DNA of 64,000 bases, taken from positions 17,356 to 81,355 of IMG/VR virus record IMGVR_UViG_3300028840_007026. One strand, written 5' to 3'. This DNA is from a virus. Below are positions 26,584 to 35,741 of the stretch, one piece after another. A program made the translations under genes and the position numbers. Below the pieces are notes generated by a model. That model ran no database searches. It was not told the origin of the DNA and was given only the letters and a program-made list of their open reading frames with translations. How positions within the stretch are numbered: position 1 is the first letter of the stretch; each line of letters starts with the position of its first letter.

Positions 26584-29500
26584 GTGGATCCGAAAAAGAA
26601 AATAGGTCCGAAGCAGGTCCAGGTTGTATCGGAGAAAACCGATTCATTCCTTGGTCAAGCTGTCGGAAGAAATCAAGATCGAATGGCGACCGCGATTAGG
26701 AATCTTGAGAGAAAAATGATCAACTCCTTAAGATTAATCGAGACGGACAGAACTGGTCGTATTGAAAGCGTGAAAGTAAATCTGAAACAAACACAAGCTG
26801 TCCACAAGGAAATGCTCAAGAACTTCGAAGAGACATATGGGGTAGCAGCCAGACAGCTTGTTTCGGACTTTGATGATATTGACAATTTTATTCAGAGTTC
26901 TTGGACGTACTTGAATGAAAGTGCTGACTTTACTGGTATTGAAAAGAATATGAATCGTTCTCTCCGTAGGAGTACAGCGAGAACTTTTGAGCAGTTTGGA
27001 ACGGAAGCCCAAAGGAGAATAGATGATGCACTTTACTCTTCCATAGTCGGTGGAACATCCTATTCAACATTGGTTGCTGCTGTAACTGGAGCACTCACGG
27101 GACATAGGGATGCTCGCGGTAGATCAATGGCTGCATATGCGAAGCAATATGCTTTTGACGCGACAATGAACTACCACAATGATGTCAACTTAGGGAAAGC
27201 GGAAGGGTTAGGAATATTTCATTTTCTTTATGTTGGTGACATTATTGGTAGTACTCGTAAATTTTGTCGTAGGCGAGCAGGGAAGGTTTATACACGAGGA
27301 CAAATCAACTCATGGAATCAGCACCAATGGGAAGGGAAAGCAGGGCCAGCATTTACTCATAGAGGCGGATACAATTGTCGCCATCATTGGCGTCCAGTTA
27401 GACCGGAATGGCTCGGTGATCGCACTCAGGTAGATATAGCCGATTGGAGAATAGGGGATACAATTGGTGCGAAACCATCTCATTTGAAGAAGACCGAAGG
27501 TGCACGTGGATGGCTTGACTACACTAAAACTGAGAGAAATTATCTTTCAATTTTACATAAAGTTTCAAAGCGCGGAGGTGAAGGGTTAACTTCGAAACAG
27601 CGGTATGTGAAGTTTTTTCACAATGGCATGAATGCTGAGGAGAGGAGACTTTTCAGAGAAGCATTGGAAGCAGAGGGAATAGAGGTCCCTGAGATATTAA
27701 GGAGCAAGGGCAAAACCATTAAGCCGAAGCCGATCGAGCCTTCACCTCCGCCTCCCAAGCCTGAGAAGGTGATTAAACCACAGCCGGATAACATGGTCAA
27801 GCCGAAACCAAAAAAAGGAAAACCGGACCCGAATTTAAAGACTTTAAAGCAGTATCCACCGGAAGTGCAAAAGAAGTTGAAGAGTATTCGGCACAAGCTT
27901 GTGAAGGGATATGACTTTAAACCTAATTCTCCACTAACAAAATATTGGTTTGATTTGGATATAGCTGATAGGGAGAACTTGGTAGCATTATGGGAAAGCG
28001 AGGGATTGATAGTCCCGAAAGATATAAGAAAGGGAGTTGGATTAGTAAAACCTTCGCCGAATAGAAAATTAACTCCGACAAAACCAAAGGAAGATAAACT
28101 TACACCGAAGAAAGTAGCTCCACCTCCAACACCGAACAAGAAAGAGGTGGTAGTAAAACGAGACAAGTATCTTCCACCGGGAGCAGAAATAGATCGCAAT
28201 CTTCCAAATATGGATTTCAAGTTTAAGGATCCGAATACGATCCATATTTTGAATGAGGATTTCGAGTCCGTTGGTAACGTTAGATTTTTTACTCTCATGG
28301 ACGGGGATCATAAAGAATTTTTCATCGATATGATCTACGTAGATAAAAAGTATCAGGGGAAGGGATATGGTACAGCACTTATAGATGATCTACTCGAACT
28401 TGCAGACCAGCATGGAGTGACAAGATTAGGTGGAGAATCCATGACTTCTGCATTGAGAAAAGTACTCGATAAGAAATTGGGGAAACCAATCTTTATTGGG
28501 GATCCAGACTACATAAAGAAAGATTTGTCGGGGATCGATGTAATCTATGAGGTGAAGCCAAAAGTTAAAAAAGTAAAAGTTGATCCAGTTAAAGTAGCAA
28601 GGGACAAGTTTGAAGTAGCACAGAAGAAATATTTAGGTGCCAAAACTCGGACAGCGAAGAAAAAAGCACTTGTGGAGTATGAGGAGGCGAGAAGGGATTA
28701 TGCTGTAGTAGCACCGAGTGATGTGCATAATCAGTTGAGAAAAGATATTATCGGCGAAATGGGAATGCTTTCCTATAAAGAAGAGGAAGTAATATTCAAA
28801 GGCACAAGACATCTTGGATACGAAGTTCTCACTGAGATGAAATTGTCTGGACTAAGAATTGATGTAGCACAGTTAGGACGTGCAAGTTATAATCCAGATT
28901 CCAAAACGTTAAGCTTTTTCCACTACCGGAATATAGGGAAAAAAGAATTTGGCACGAGAGTAATAGCTCATGAAGTGGGTCATGCCGTGGATTCCTATAT
29001 GTCCAACAAGGGAAGGGATCTTAACTGGAAACTTGGTTTTTGGGATGATACAAATCCGTGGGCAGGGAAAAGGGATGCAATAAAATACCATAAATGGTAT
29101 GAGGATAGCAGGGTAGGAGGAAAAGCATGGTTCAATAATGGTGATGGACAGTATCACATTGGGAACTGGGTAAGTGATTATGAAGGGAGAATTTATCCAC
29201 ATCCAACGGCGAGGCATCCAGAGTTTTTCTCAATGGGTTCTGAGCGTTATGCCAAGGCACTTGAATCTGAGTTGAATGATCTTAAAAGTAGATTGAGACT
29301 TGTCGCACTTGATGAAGATGCTTTTTATGGTGATTTAGAGAGAGTAAGGGAATCGCTGAAAGGTCCAGTAAAGAAAGCAGATCGTCTGAAATTAGATCAA
29401 TCGAAGAAAAGATTGAGAAATTGGGTTCATGCTGCTCGTTTGGCTACTGGCAAGACGGATTTGGAAGACTATTTAGGGAAGAGACTTTCTAATCCAAAAA

Positions 29501-29712
29501 ACTTTGACCACCTTCCATGGGGAAAGCAAATAAAGCATTATCCAGAATATGCTCAATGGATGCAGGATTTCTATCGTAAAACGAGAAAAACACGTCCACT
29601 CACTGGTGGAGACGCCTTTGAAGAACTTTTTGAAGAAGTAGAGCAATCAGGAAAGAGTCATCTTGAAAAAGTAGCAAATACTGACCTTGAGAAATTGGGG
29701 ATCAAATTATGA
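26584..29712 (+). CDS. Minor head protein (MuF-like) fused to GNAT acetyltransferase and HExxH metallopeptidase
   Basis: TRKFC...HRGGYNCRHHW; IYVDKKYQGKGYGTAL; AHEVGH...HPEFFS; Pro/Lys-rich linkers. Confidence 0.85.
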   Translation: MDPKKKIGPKQVQVVSEKTDSFLGQAVGRNQDRMATAIRNLERKMINSLRLIETDRTGRIESVKVNLKQTQAVHKEMLKNFEETYGVAARQLVSDFDDIDNFIQSSWTYLNESADFTGIEKNMNRSLRRSTARTFEQFGTEAQRRIDDALYSSIVGGTSYSTLVAAVTGALTGHRDARGRSMAAYAKQYAFDATMNYHNDVNLGKAEGLGIFHFLYVGDIIGSTRKFCRRRAGKVYTRGQINSWNQHQWEGKAGPAFTHRGGYNCRHHWRPVRPEWLGDRTQVDIADWRIGDTIGAKPSHLKKTEGARGWLDYTKTERNYLSILHKVSKRGGEGLTSKQRYVKFFHNGMNAEERRLFREALEAEGIEVPEILRSKGKTIKPKPIEPSPPPPKPEKVIKPQPDNMVKPKPKKGKPDPNLKTLKQYPPEVQKKLKSIRHKLVKGYDFKPNSPLTKYWFDLDIADRENLVALWESEGLIVPKDIRKGVGLVKPSPNRKLTPTKPKEDKLTPKKVAPPPTPNKKEVVVKRDKYLPPGAEIDRNLPNMDFKFKDPNTIHILNEDFESVGNVRFFTLMDGDHKEFFIDMIYVDKKYQGKGYGTALIDDLLELADQHGVTRLGGESMTSALRKVLDKKLGKPIFIGDPDYIKKDLSGIDVIYEVKPKVKKVKVDPVKVARDKFEVAQKKYLGAKTRTAKKKALVEYEEARRDYAVVAPSDVHNQLRKDIIGEMGMLSYKEEEVIFKGTRHLGYEVLTEMKLSGLRIDVAQLGRASYNPDSKTLSFFHYRNIGKKEFGTRVIAHEVGHAVDSYMSNKGRDLNWKLGFWDDTNPWAGKRDAIKYHKWYEDSRVGGKAWFNNGDGQYHIGNWVSDYEGRIYPHPTARHPEFFSMGSERYAKALESELNDLKSRLRLVALDEDAFYGDLERVRESLKGPVKKADRLKLDQSKKRLRNWVHAARLATGKTDLEDYLGKRLSNPKNFDHLPWGKQIKHYPEYAQWMQDFYRKTRKTRPLTGGDAFEELFEEVEQSGKSHLEKVANTDLEKLGIKL

Positions 29713-30026
29713 TTATTCGTATTCCAGTAATGGACATGACCAATGGAAATGAAGGGATTCTCCAATACGACGATAATCCGGATCAGAAGTTTATTCAATG
29801 GGGATTATTGGACGGGACGGAAGCACTCCGTGAGAAGTTGCAGAAGTATTTCAGCACGGAAAGGAAATTCGATATCCCCGATAATGCTTCGATAGATGGG
29901 TATGAGGAGCACAGTGGGAAACCGATTTCGGATATTGATTTCTTTCAACTCAGTTTATGTGGATTGTTTAGGGATATTGATGTGAAACTCGGGAAAGCCT
30001 TAAACATAAGGGAAACGGAAGAATAA
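29709..30026 (+). CDS. Small acidic protein, possible immunity partner of the MuF fusion
   Basis: ATGA coupling to the MuF fusion; 105 aa; function inferred from position. Confidence 0.65.
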   Translation: MIIRIPVMDMTNGNEGILQYDDNPDQKFIQWGLLDGTEALREKLQKYFSTERKFDIPDNASIDGYEEHSGKPISDIDFFQLSLCGLFRDIDVKLGKALNIRETEE

Positions 30027-30508
30027 TGGGATGGGAAGTAAATCATAGAACCGGGATGGGAGTATATGTCCCGGAATATTTCAAGGTTGTGGAAGTATTC
30101 CCTCCTGAAATGGAACCGTTTTTCCACGAGAATCTTGTTTGGCTCTATATCGATTCAAGAGTACTCGTAACAATGGATCGTTTACGGAGCCGATACGGAC
30201 CTGCTATCATGAATACATGGGGTCTAAGCGAAGCGACACGTGAGAAGTTTGGCACTCATCAATGGAGGGGATGGCGTCCACGGAATTGTCCGGTGGGAGC
30301 AGAACTCTCATATCATAAAATTGGTAGTGCTGTTGATATGGTGTTCACCGATGTCAGTGCGGAAACAGTGAGAAGAGAGCTTTTGGAAAATCCTTTTGAT
30401 GAGACGTTTCAGTTTGTAACGTCTATTGAAATGACTACCAATTGGTTTCACTTCGCCGTCTGTCCACACGACAAGGTGAACAATGGGGTGGAGAAGTTCT
30501 ACCCCTGA
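30026..30508 (+). CDS. Peptidase M15 family (probable endolysin)
   Basis: GWR...SYHKIGSAVD...WFH zinc-ligand pattern. Confidence 0.8.
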   Translation: MGWEVNHRTGMGVYVPEYFKVVEVFPPEMEPFFHENLVWLYIDSRVLVTMDRLRSRYGPAIMNTWGLSEATREKFGTHQWRGWRPRNCPVGAELSYHKIGSAVDMVFTDVSAETVRRELLENPFDETFQFVTSIEMTTNWFHFAVCPHDKVNNGVEKFYP

Positions 30509-30551
30509 TTTATTCACTTTTTCGCTCTCTGAGCAAAAAGGAGGCATGGAC

Positions 30552-31427
30552 ATGCCAACGAAAGAATGGAAGCTGAAAATGACAGAGGATGGAGCACCGG
30601 TAGTTGATGGTACGAAAGTAGTTTACATCGATCCCGATGGGAAAGATGTAGCGCTTGATCCCGTAGCAATGTACGGGAAGATTATCGTGCTCAACAAGGA
30701 GTCGAAAACCAATCGCCAGAAGGTTGAAGCGGCAGAAGGTATTACTTCCCTTTTTAAGGGAGTGGAAGATGTCGCTGAGTACAAAAAGCGAGCGGATGAG
30801 GCTCTGGAAACTGTGGCAAATTTCAATGACAAGGACTACCTGAAGGCTGACAAAGTGGAGAAGTTGAAACAAGATATGTCTTCGTCCTATGAGCAGAAGT
30901 TGGAAACCCAGAAGAATTCTTTTCAGGGTGCCCTTGCGAAAAAAGACGAGGTTATTTCGAGTAAGGACAGCCAGATCCACAAGCTTTTGGTGTCCAATAA
31001 CTTTGCCGTGCATCCTCTTTTTGGTGGTGCAAATCCGAAGACTCATCTCAACCCTGCTATGGCCGAAGCCTACTTCGCGAAGCACTACCGCGTAGAGGTA
31101 GCCGATGATGGGGTTGAGTTACTGCTCCGTGCTTATAAGGATCCTGGGAAGTATGAGGATCCGATTTACTCACGTGAGAATCCCGGCGAGTATGCCACTT
31201 TTCAAGAGGCTATGAACGAACTCTGGGACAAGTTCCCTGGGAAGGACGCCCTTATGAGTGCAGGTAAACCGGGTAGTGGATCGGGTAGTGGATCGGGTGA
31301 GCATACCGAAAGTGACGACGAATTGGCTTCCCTCAAAAAAGCCCATGCAAAAGCTCATGAAGAGGGAAGAGCAAAAGATGCAATTGCTCTGAAGAACAGA
31401 ATTTTTCGTTTGGAAAATCCCAAATAA
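30552..31427 (+). CDS. Capsid scaffolding protein
   Basis: GGAGG RBS; coiled coil, GSGSGSG linker, C-terminal AIALK helix; directly upstream of the capsid gene. Confidence 0.8.
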   Translation: MPTKEWKLKMTEDGAPVVDGTKVVYIDPDGKDVALDPVAMYGKIIVLNKESKTNRQKVEAAEGITSLFKGVEDVAEYKKRADEALETVANFNDKDYLKADKVEKLKQDMSSSYEQKLETQKNSFQGALAKKDEVISSKDSQIHKLLVSNNFAVHPLFGGANPKTHLNPAMAEAYFAKHYRVEVADDGVELLLRAYKDPGKYEDPIYSRENPGEYATFQEAMNELWDKFPGKDALMSAGKPGSGSGSGSGEHTESDDELASLKKAHAKAHEEGRAKDAIALKNRIFRLENPK

Positions 31428-31482
31428 AAGCTTTTCATGGCAGCGTTAATTTACTTATAAACCGAAATAAGGAGAAGAAAAA

Positions 31483-32445
31483 ATGGCGAATACAAACGCT
31501 GCTGCAACTTCCTGGAATTGCCCCAACTACACCGGTGAACTTTTTCTCATTGGTGCCAATCAGACGCCTTTCCTGAACATGATCGGAGGGCTTCAAGGGA
31601 ATTCCATTCGTGTGACCGCGGACTTCCAGTTCCCGCTGGGACAGCCTTGGGCGCTGGAGTCTGCTTCTCAACCGGCGGTGACGGAAACCGCTTCCATGAC
31701 GGCTCCGACGGCGTGGACCTATGTCCGCGATCAGGATGTCAACACCTGTCAGATTTTCCATCGGTCCGTTACCGTCAGCTACGCAAAACAGTCCGTTGTC
31801 GGCCAGATCACCGCCGACAGTACTACCGGTTTGGTCGATCGGACCGATCCGCAACCCGTCCAGAATGAACTGGACTTCCAGATCTCCGCTCATATGCGGC
31901 AGATCGCGGTGAATACCGAGTACACTTTTCTCAACGGTGCCTACCAGCAGGCAACATCCGCTGCGGTCGCCGCGAAAAGTCGTGGAATCATCACCGCATG
32001 TACTACCAACACCGTCAATGCAGCTGCCGCCGCGTTGAGCAAAACCCTCCTGGATCAACTGCTCAGAACGATGGCCGGTAGTGGAGCGGAGTTCTCCAAT
32101 CCCGTGATTTTCGTGAATGCCCTGAACAAACAACGGCTCAGCGAGATCTACGGGTATGCTCCGCAGTCGCGCAATGTCGGCGGTTTTAACATCAACCAGA
32201 TCGAAACCGACTTCGCAGTACTCGGAGTGATCTGGGCTCCGCATGTTCCTGCAGGTACTCTGCTCATTGCCGATCTGGCTTACTGCTCCCCCGTGTTCCT
32301 GCCGGTTCCCGGGAAGGGAGTACTGTTCTACGAAGAGCTGAGCAAAACTGGTGCCGCTGAGAAGGGACAGATCTACGGTCAAATCGGTCTTGACTACGGC
32401 CCGGAAGAGTATCACGGAACCATTACGAATCTCGCAACCACGTAG
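31483..32445 (+). CDS. Major capsid protein (SU10/DUF5309-like)
   Basis: TPFLNMIG, NTCQIF..SV.VS, IETDF and KTGAAEKGQIYGQIGL motifs; strongly biased codons. Confidence 0.9.
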   Translation: MANTNAAATSWNCPNYTGELFLIGANQTPFLNMIGGLQGNSIRVTADFQFPLGQPWALESASQPAVTETASMTAPTAWTYVRDQDVNTCQIFHRSVTVSYAKQSVVGQITADSTTGLVDRTDPQPVQNELDFQISAHMRQIAVNTEYTFLNGAYQQATSAAVAAKSRGIITACTTNTVNAAAAALSKTLLDQLLRTMAGSGAEFSNPVIFVNALNKQRLSEIYGYAPQSRNVGGFNINQIETDFAVLGVIWAPHVPAGTLLIADLAYCSPVFLPVPGKGVLFYEELSKTGAAEKGQIYGQIGLDYGPEEYHGTITNLATT

Positions 32446-32507
32446 TAAACGCGAGGTGAGTAAACGGCTATAGTCAAAATTGATAACTTCTCACAGGAGG
32501 ATTTCAC

Positions 32508-32666
32508 ATGGGAGCACGTGACCGAATTAACATGGAAACCAATCCCGGTCTGGAGCCGTCTTTTCGCAGATGGGCGAAGGATGTCAACGACGCCATTGCA
32601 GCCGGAACGGGATGGGTTACGACAACCACTACCACGACTACATCGACGACCACAACGACAGCGTAG
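32508..32666 (+). CDS. 52-aa protein with C-terminal poly-Thr tail, candidate capsid decoration protein
   Basis: AGGAGG RBS; MGARDRINMETNPGLEPSFRRWAKDVNDAIAAGTGWVTTTTTTTTSTTTTTA*; below the ORF-track cutoff. Confidence 0.85.
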   Translation: MGARDRINMETNPGLEPSFRRWAKDVNDAIAAGTGWVTTTTTTTTSTTTTTA

Positions 32667-32693
32667 TAGTCTGGTCTAAGTAGGAGAAGAAAA

Positions 32694-33245
32694 ATGGCAA
32701 AGTCACAACAGAAACTGTATCGGTTTTATCGTTCAAACCTTGCTACAATTGTATGGAACCCTGAGAAGAACAAAGCACTGTGCGAATTCGTTGATGGACA
32801 GTACTACACGGAAGATGCACAGGTCGCTCAAAAACTGGCTGATCTGGGTTATCCGCAAATTCCGCTGGATCTGGACGAACCTCCTGATGTGTTTTTTCAG
32901 AAGGGAAAGAGTCTGGAAGAGGGTGAGAATATCCCTATCATGTCCCGCGGAGTTACGGAAGATGTACTCTTGGAACAGGAGCAGAAACGGGCTGAGCAAG
33001 AAAGGCTGATTGCGAAGAGTAAAGCTACCTCTGTGGAAGGCTCAGAGCCCACTGACAGCGCGATCACATCACCCGCTGACATTGCCCTTGGCCGGGAAAA
33101 AGATAAACCGAAAACAGAAACGAAGGTGTCAAAACCCAAACGAGCAAAACGGTCGCCGACGAAGAAAAAGGCTCCGGTGAAGAAGTCCGAAAAGAAACCG
33201 GAGAGAAAAGTGAAAAGGCGACTGAGAAAACCCAAAAAGGAATAG
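32694..33245 (+). CDS. Hypothetical protein with Lys-rich tail
   Basis: AGGAG RBS; lies in the head-tail region. Confidence 0.75.
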   Translation: MAKSQQKLYRFYRSNLATIVWNPEKNKALCEFVDGQYYTEDAQVAQKLADLGYPQIPLDLDEPPDVFFQKGKSLEEGENIPIMSRGVTEDVLLEQEQKRAEQERLIAKSKATSVEGSEPTDSAITSPADIALGREKDKPKTETKVSKPKRAKRSPTKKKAPVKKSEKKPERKVKRRLRKPKKE

Positions 33246-33253
33246 GTGAGTAA

Positions 33254-33691
33254 ATGCCTTATTCAACGGATCAAGACATTGCAGCAATCAGACCGAATAT
33301 CCTTGAGTTTGGGGTTACGGACTGGACTGCAATGCACGTAAAGGCAGCTGAGAAGATAAATCGAACTCTTATCCGACGTTGGTATAAAACGGCTGCACAG
33401 GAGTACTCACTCGATTGGCGTGACAATGAGTTCTCATCTGAACTGATAGATGCTAATCAAGTTAAGGACCTGTCCAGTTATAAAGCGTTGGAGCTCATCT
33501 ACCTTTACTTGATGAAAGATTCCCCAGAAGCCGATGGTTTTGAACGCGAGATGAAGATTTTCCGTGACCTGTACAATCAGGAATTGGAAGAAGTACTCGC
33601 GACCGGCGTGAATTACGACTGGGATGGCTCTGGGGCTATTGTGGACACAGAGAAGTATCACCATGTACCAAGGAGACTTGTTCGTGTCTGA
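33254..33691 (+). CDS. Head-tail adaptor
   Basis: Starts MPYST..DI; helical; positioned after the capsid gene. Confidence 0.7.
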   Translation: MPYSTDQDIAAIRPNILEFGVTDWTAMHVKAAEKINRTLIRRWYKTAAQEYSLDWRDNEFSSELIDANQVKDLSSYKALELIYLYLMKDSPEADGFEREMKIFRDLYNQELEEVLATGVNYDWDGSGAIVDTEKYHHVPRRLVRV

Positions 33692-34145
33692 ACCTGTAAC
33701 AATATTCGGATTAAGGGATGTAATTCTCGATTTGCTGTTCTTACGAACGCACATTGAGAGTGAACCCATAATGCGTGAGATTGGTCTGTTCTTAACTTCT
33801 CAGATCCAAATTAGAACGGCCGAAGGTAGGGATGTACATGGCGAACCGTTTGAACCTTATTCTGAAGGATATGCCGAATTGAGAAGACGGTCCGGACGGT
33901 CTGCTAACAAGGTTAACCTTTTCATGACTGGTTCTATGATGTCTTCAATGGATTTTAACACAACCGAAAACACGGTTGAACTATTCTTTCAGGGTAGTAA
34001 AGATCCAACTGGAATGAGCAATCCTGAAAAGGCTTATTACCTTAATGAGAACCGTGAGTTTTTTGCTGTTAGTGAAGAGGACAGGATAAGAGTTAGAGAA
34101 ATTATCCGTAATCACATTCGCCGTATCCGGCGACGAAGGAGATAA
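33684..34145 (+). CDS. Virion morphogenesis / tail completion protein
   Basis: GRDVHGEPFEPYS...NLFMTGSM...REFFA pattern; GTG start after AAGGAG. Confidence 0.75.
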   Translation: MSEPVTIFGLRDVILDLLFLRTHIESEPIMREIGLFLTSQIQIRTAEGRDVHGEPFEPYSEGYAELRRRSGRSANKVNLFMTGSMMSSMDFNTTENTVELFFQGSKDPTGMSNPEKAYYLNENREFFAVSEEDRIRVREIIRNHIRRIRRRRR

Positions 34146-34148
34146 AAG

Positions 34149-34601
34149 ATGGCTGCGAACTCAAAACGTGAGCAAATCATCGTAAGCGTAAAGGAGGATT
34201 TGGAAACGATTCCCTCTATTGCTACCGTAAAAAGGTCACTGCCGACGTTGAAGGATTTGGAGAACTTTGCAGTCACCCAATTTCCGGTAATCGCAATGGT
34301 TGCAGGTTTGCCAGTTCCAAGGCCTCACGTAGTTGGCAGACGTACAGCGGGAAAGGATGTGTTTATTTCAGATTTGAACATCTCACTTTACTGCTATTTC
34401 CAAGACAATGTGGAACCCGATACACAACTCAGCAACATACTCGACGACCTTTGGGCAACACTTTATGCGGATCCAACGAGGGGAGAACTTGCTATCGGCA
34501 CTACGTTAAAACCCGAATTTTATAGAGGTTACTGGGAGCCTTTCTATGCTTTCAGAGTAGACGTTGTAATACAATATTCTCACAAAACAGGAGGGATATA
34601 A
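34149..34601 (+). CDS. Tail terminator protein
   Basis: SKREQII, QFPVIA and DPTRG motifs; precedes the tail tube gene. Confidence 0.7.
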   Translation: MAANSKREQIIVSVKEDLETIPSIATVKRSLPTLKDLENFAVTQFPVIAMVAGLPVPRPHVVGRRTAGKDVFISDLNISLYCYFQDNVEPDTQLSNILDDLWATLYADPTRGELAIGTTLKPEFYRGYWEPFYAFRVDVVIQYSHKTGGI

Positions 34602-35149
34602 TGGCAACTCCGCATTCAACCGATAACTACGTCGTTGGAAAGGGTATCCTTTACATCGGCGAATGGACAGGGACTACTCCCCCTACGGATCCTTCGGGGT
34701 TTACCGATTTGGGGAACTGTCCGAGTTTGGAAATCGAGCCTTCTGTAGAACGGCTCCCTCACTACTCCTCCAGAACAGGGTTGAGAACAAGGGACAAAAA
34801 CCCGATCATCCAGTCCGAGTACTCACTCAACTTCGATCTGGACGAGTTCGCGGCAGTAAACCTCGCCCGTTTTCTCATGGGCGAAACCAGTGGGAATCTG
34901 GTCTACGCGCTGACTCAACCGGACAAGGAATACGCTTTGAAATTCATTTCCGACAACCCTTTGGGACCCCAGTACACATGGAGATTCCATCGGGTGACTC
35001 TATCCCCAAACGGTGCCCTGCAACTGATTGGAGAAGAGTATTTGGTTATGTCGATTTCGGCGGAAGGGTTGTCGGATACGGCGAACAATCCAAACAGTCC
35101 GTATGTGACAACCACCTTCGTGACCACCACGACAACCACTACCGTCTAA
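34601..35149 (+). CDS. Major tail tube protein with C-terminal Thr tag
   Basis: YVVGKG.LY, DLGNCP, HYSSRTG and LSPNG motifs; ends VTTTTTTTV*. Confidence 0.85.
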   Translation: MATPHSTDNYVVGKGILYIGEWTGTTPPTDPSGFTDLGNCPSLEIEPSVERLPHYSSRTGLRTRDKNPIIQSEYSLNFDLDEFAAVNLARFLMGETSGNLVYALTQPDKEYALKFISDNPLGPQYTWRFHRVTLSPNGALQLIGEEYLVMSISAEGLSDTANNPNSPYVTTTFVTTTTTTTV

Positions 35150-35169
35150 TAAAAGGAGTACTTCTAAAA

Positions 35170-35613
35170 ATGAGATTGACTGAGCGTATAAAAATTGATG
35201 ACAAGGAATACACCGTTAGAGAATTAACAGTTGAGGAAATTATCAATCTTTTTTCCAGTCAACCATCCTCTAACGACAGCAATCCCACCGAAAGATCCAT
35301 TGAGAAAAAGGTAGAAAATGTAATTGGCGATTTCTTTGATGGTGGTGGATATCTTTCAACTTTTCTCAAGCTCGCCATGCCCGGAACTACCCTTGGGGAT
35401 CTTATCAAACTTGCACCTTCCGAGCTGATGCAAATTTGGGAGAAGGTAAAGGAAGTCAACAAGTATTTTTTCGATCTGGCCCAGACACTGGAGCTGGGCA
35501 AGCAACTCACGAAGGCTGGAAGAGAGCTGCTGGAGAACTTTTCTCAACTTGCTGTCAGCTTATCGAAGCGGGTCATGGAGAAGGAGTATTTAGATATGGA
35601 TATTCCTTCCTAA
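35170..35613 (+). CDS. Tail assembly chaperone; probable -1 frameshift extension to 35738
   Basis: AAGGAG RBS; VRELTV..I and KEVNKYFF motifs; overlapping -1 ORF encodes LIEAGH...YGYSF. Confidence 0.8.
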   Translation: MRLTERIKIDDKEYTVRELTVEEIINLFSSQPSSNDSNPTERSIEKKVENVIGDFFDGGGYLSTFLKLAMPGTTLGDLIKLAPSELMQIWEKVKEVNKYFFDLAQTLELGKQLTKAGRELLENFSQLAVSLSKRVMEKEYLDMDIPS

Positions 35614-35741
35614 TCAATGCTCTAAATGCTCACCAGAGATTGAGAATTAGAAGACAACAGGATATCGGTGAAGCATTTAGGATCGCCCGTTTTGCAAATA
35701 AAAAAGAATGGCGAAAGTTTATAAGGCAAAGGACTTAAAAA

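Noticed and set aside
31435-32415. 326-aa antisense ORF over the capsid gene
   Set aside because: Expected from the codon bias of the capsid gene; no recognisable motifs.
34663-35169. N-terminal extension of the chaperone ORF overlapping the tail tube gene
   Set aside because: The RBS and ATG at 35170 mark the likely start; no clear slippery site supports a tube-chaperone fusion.
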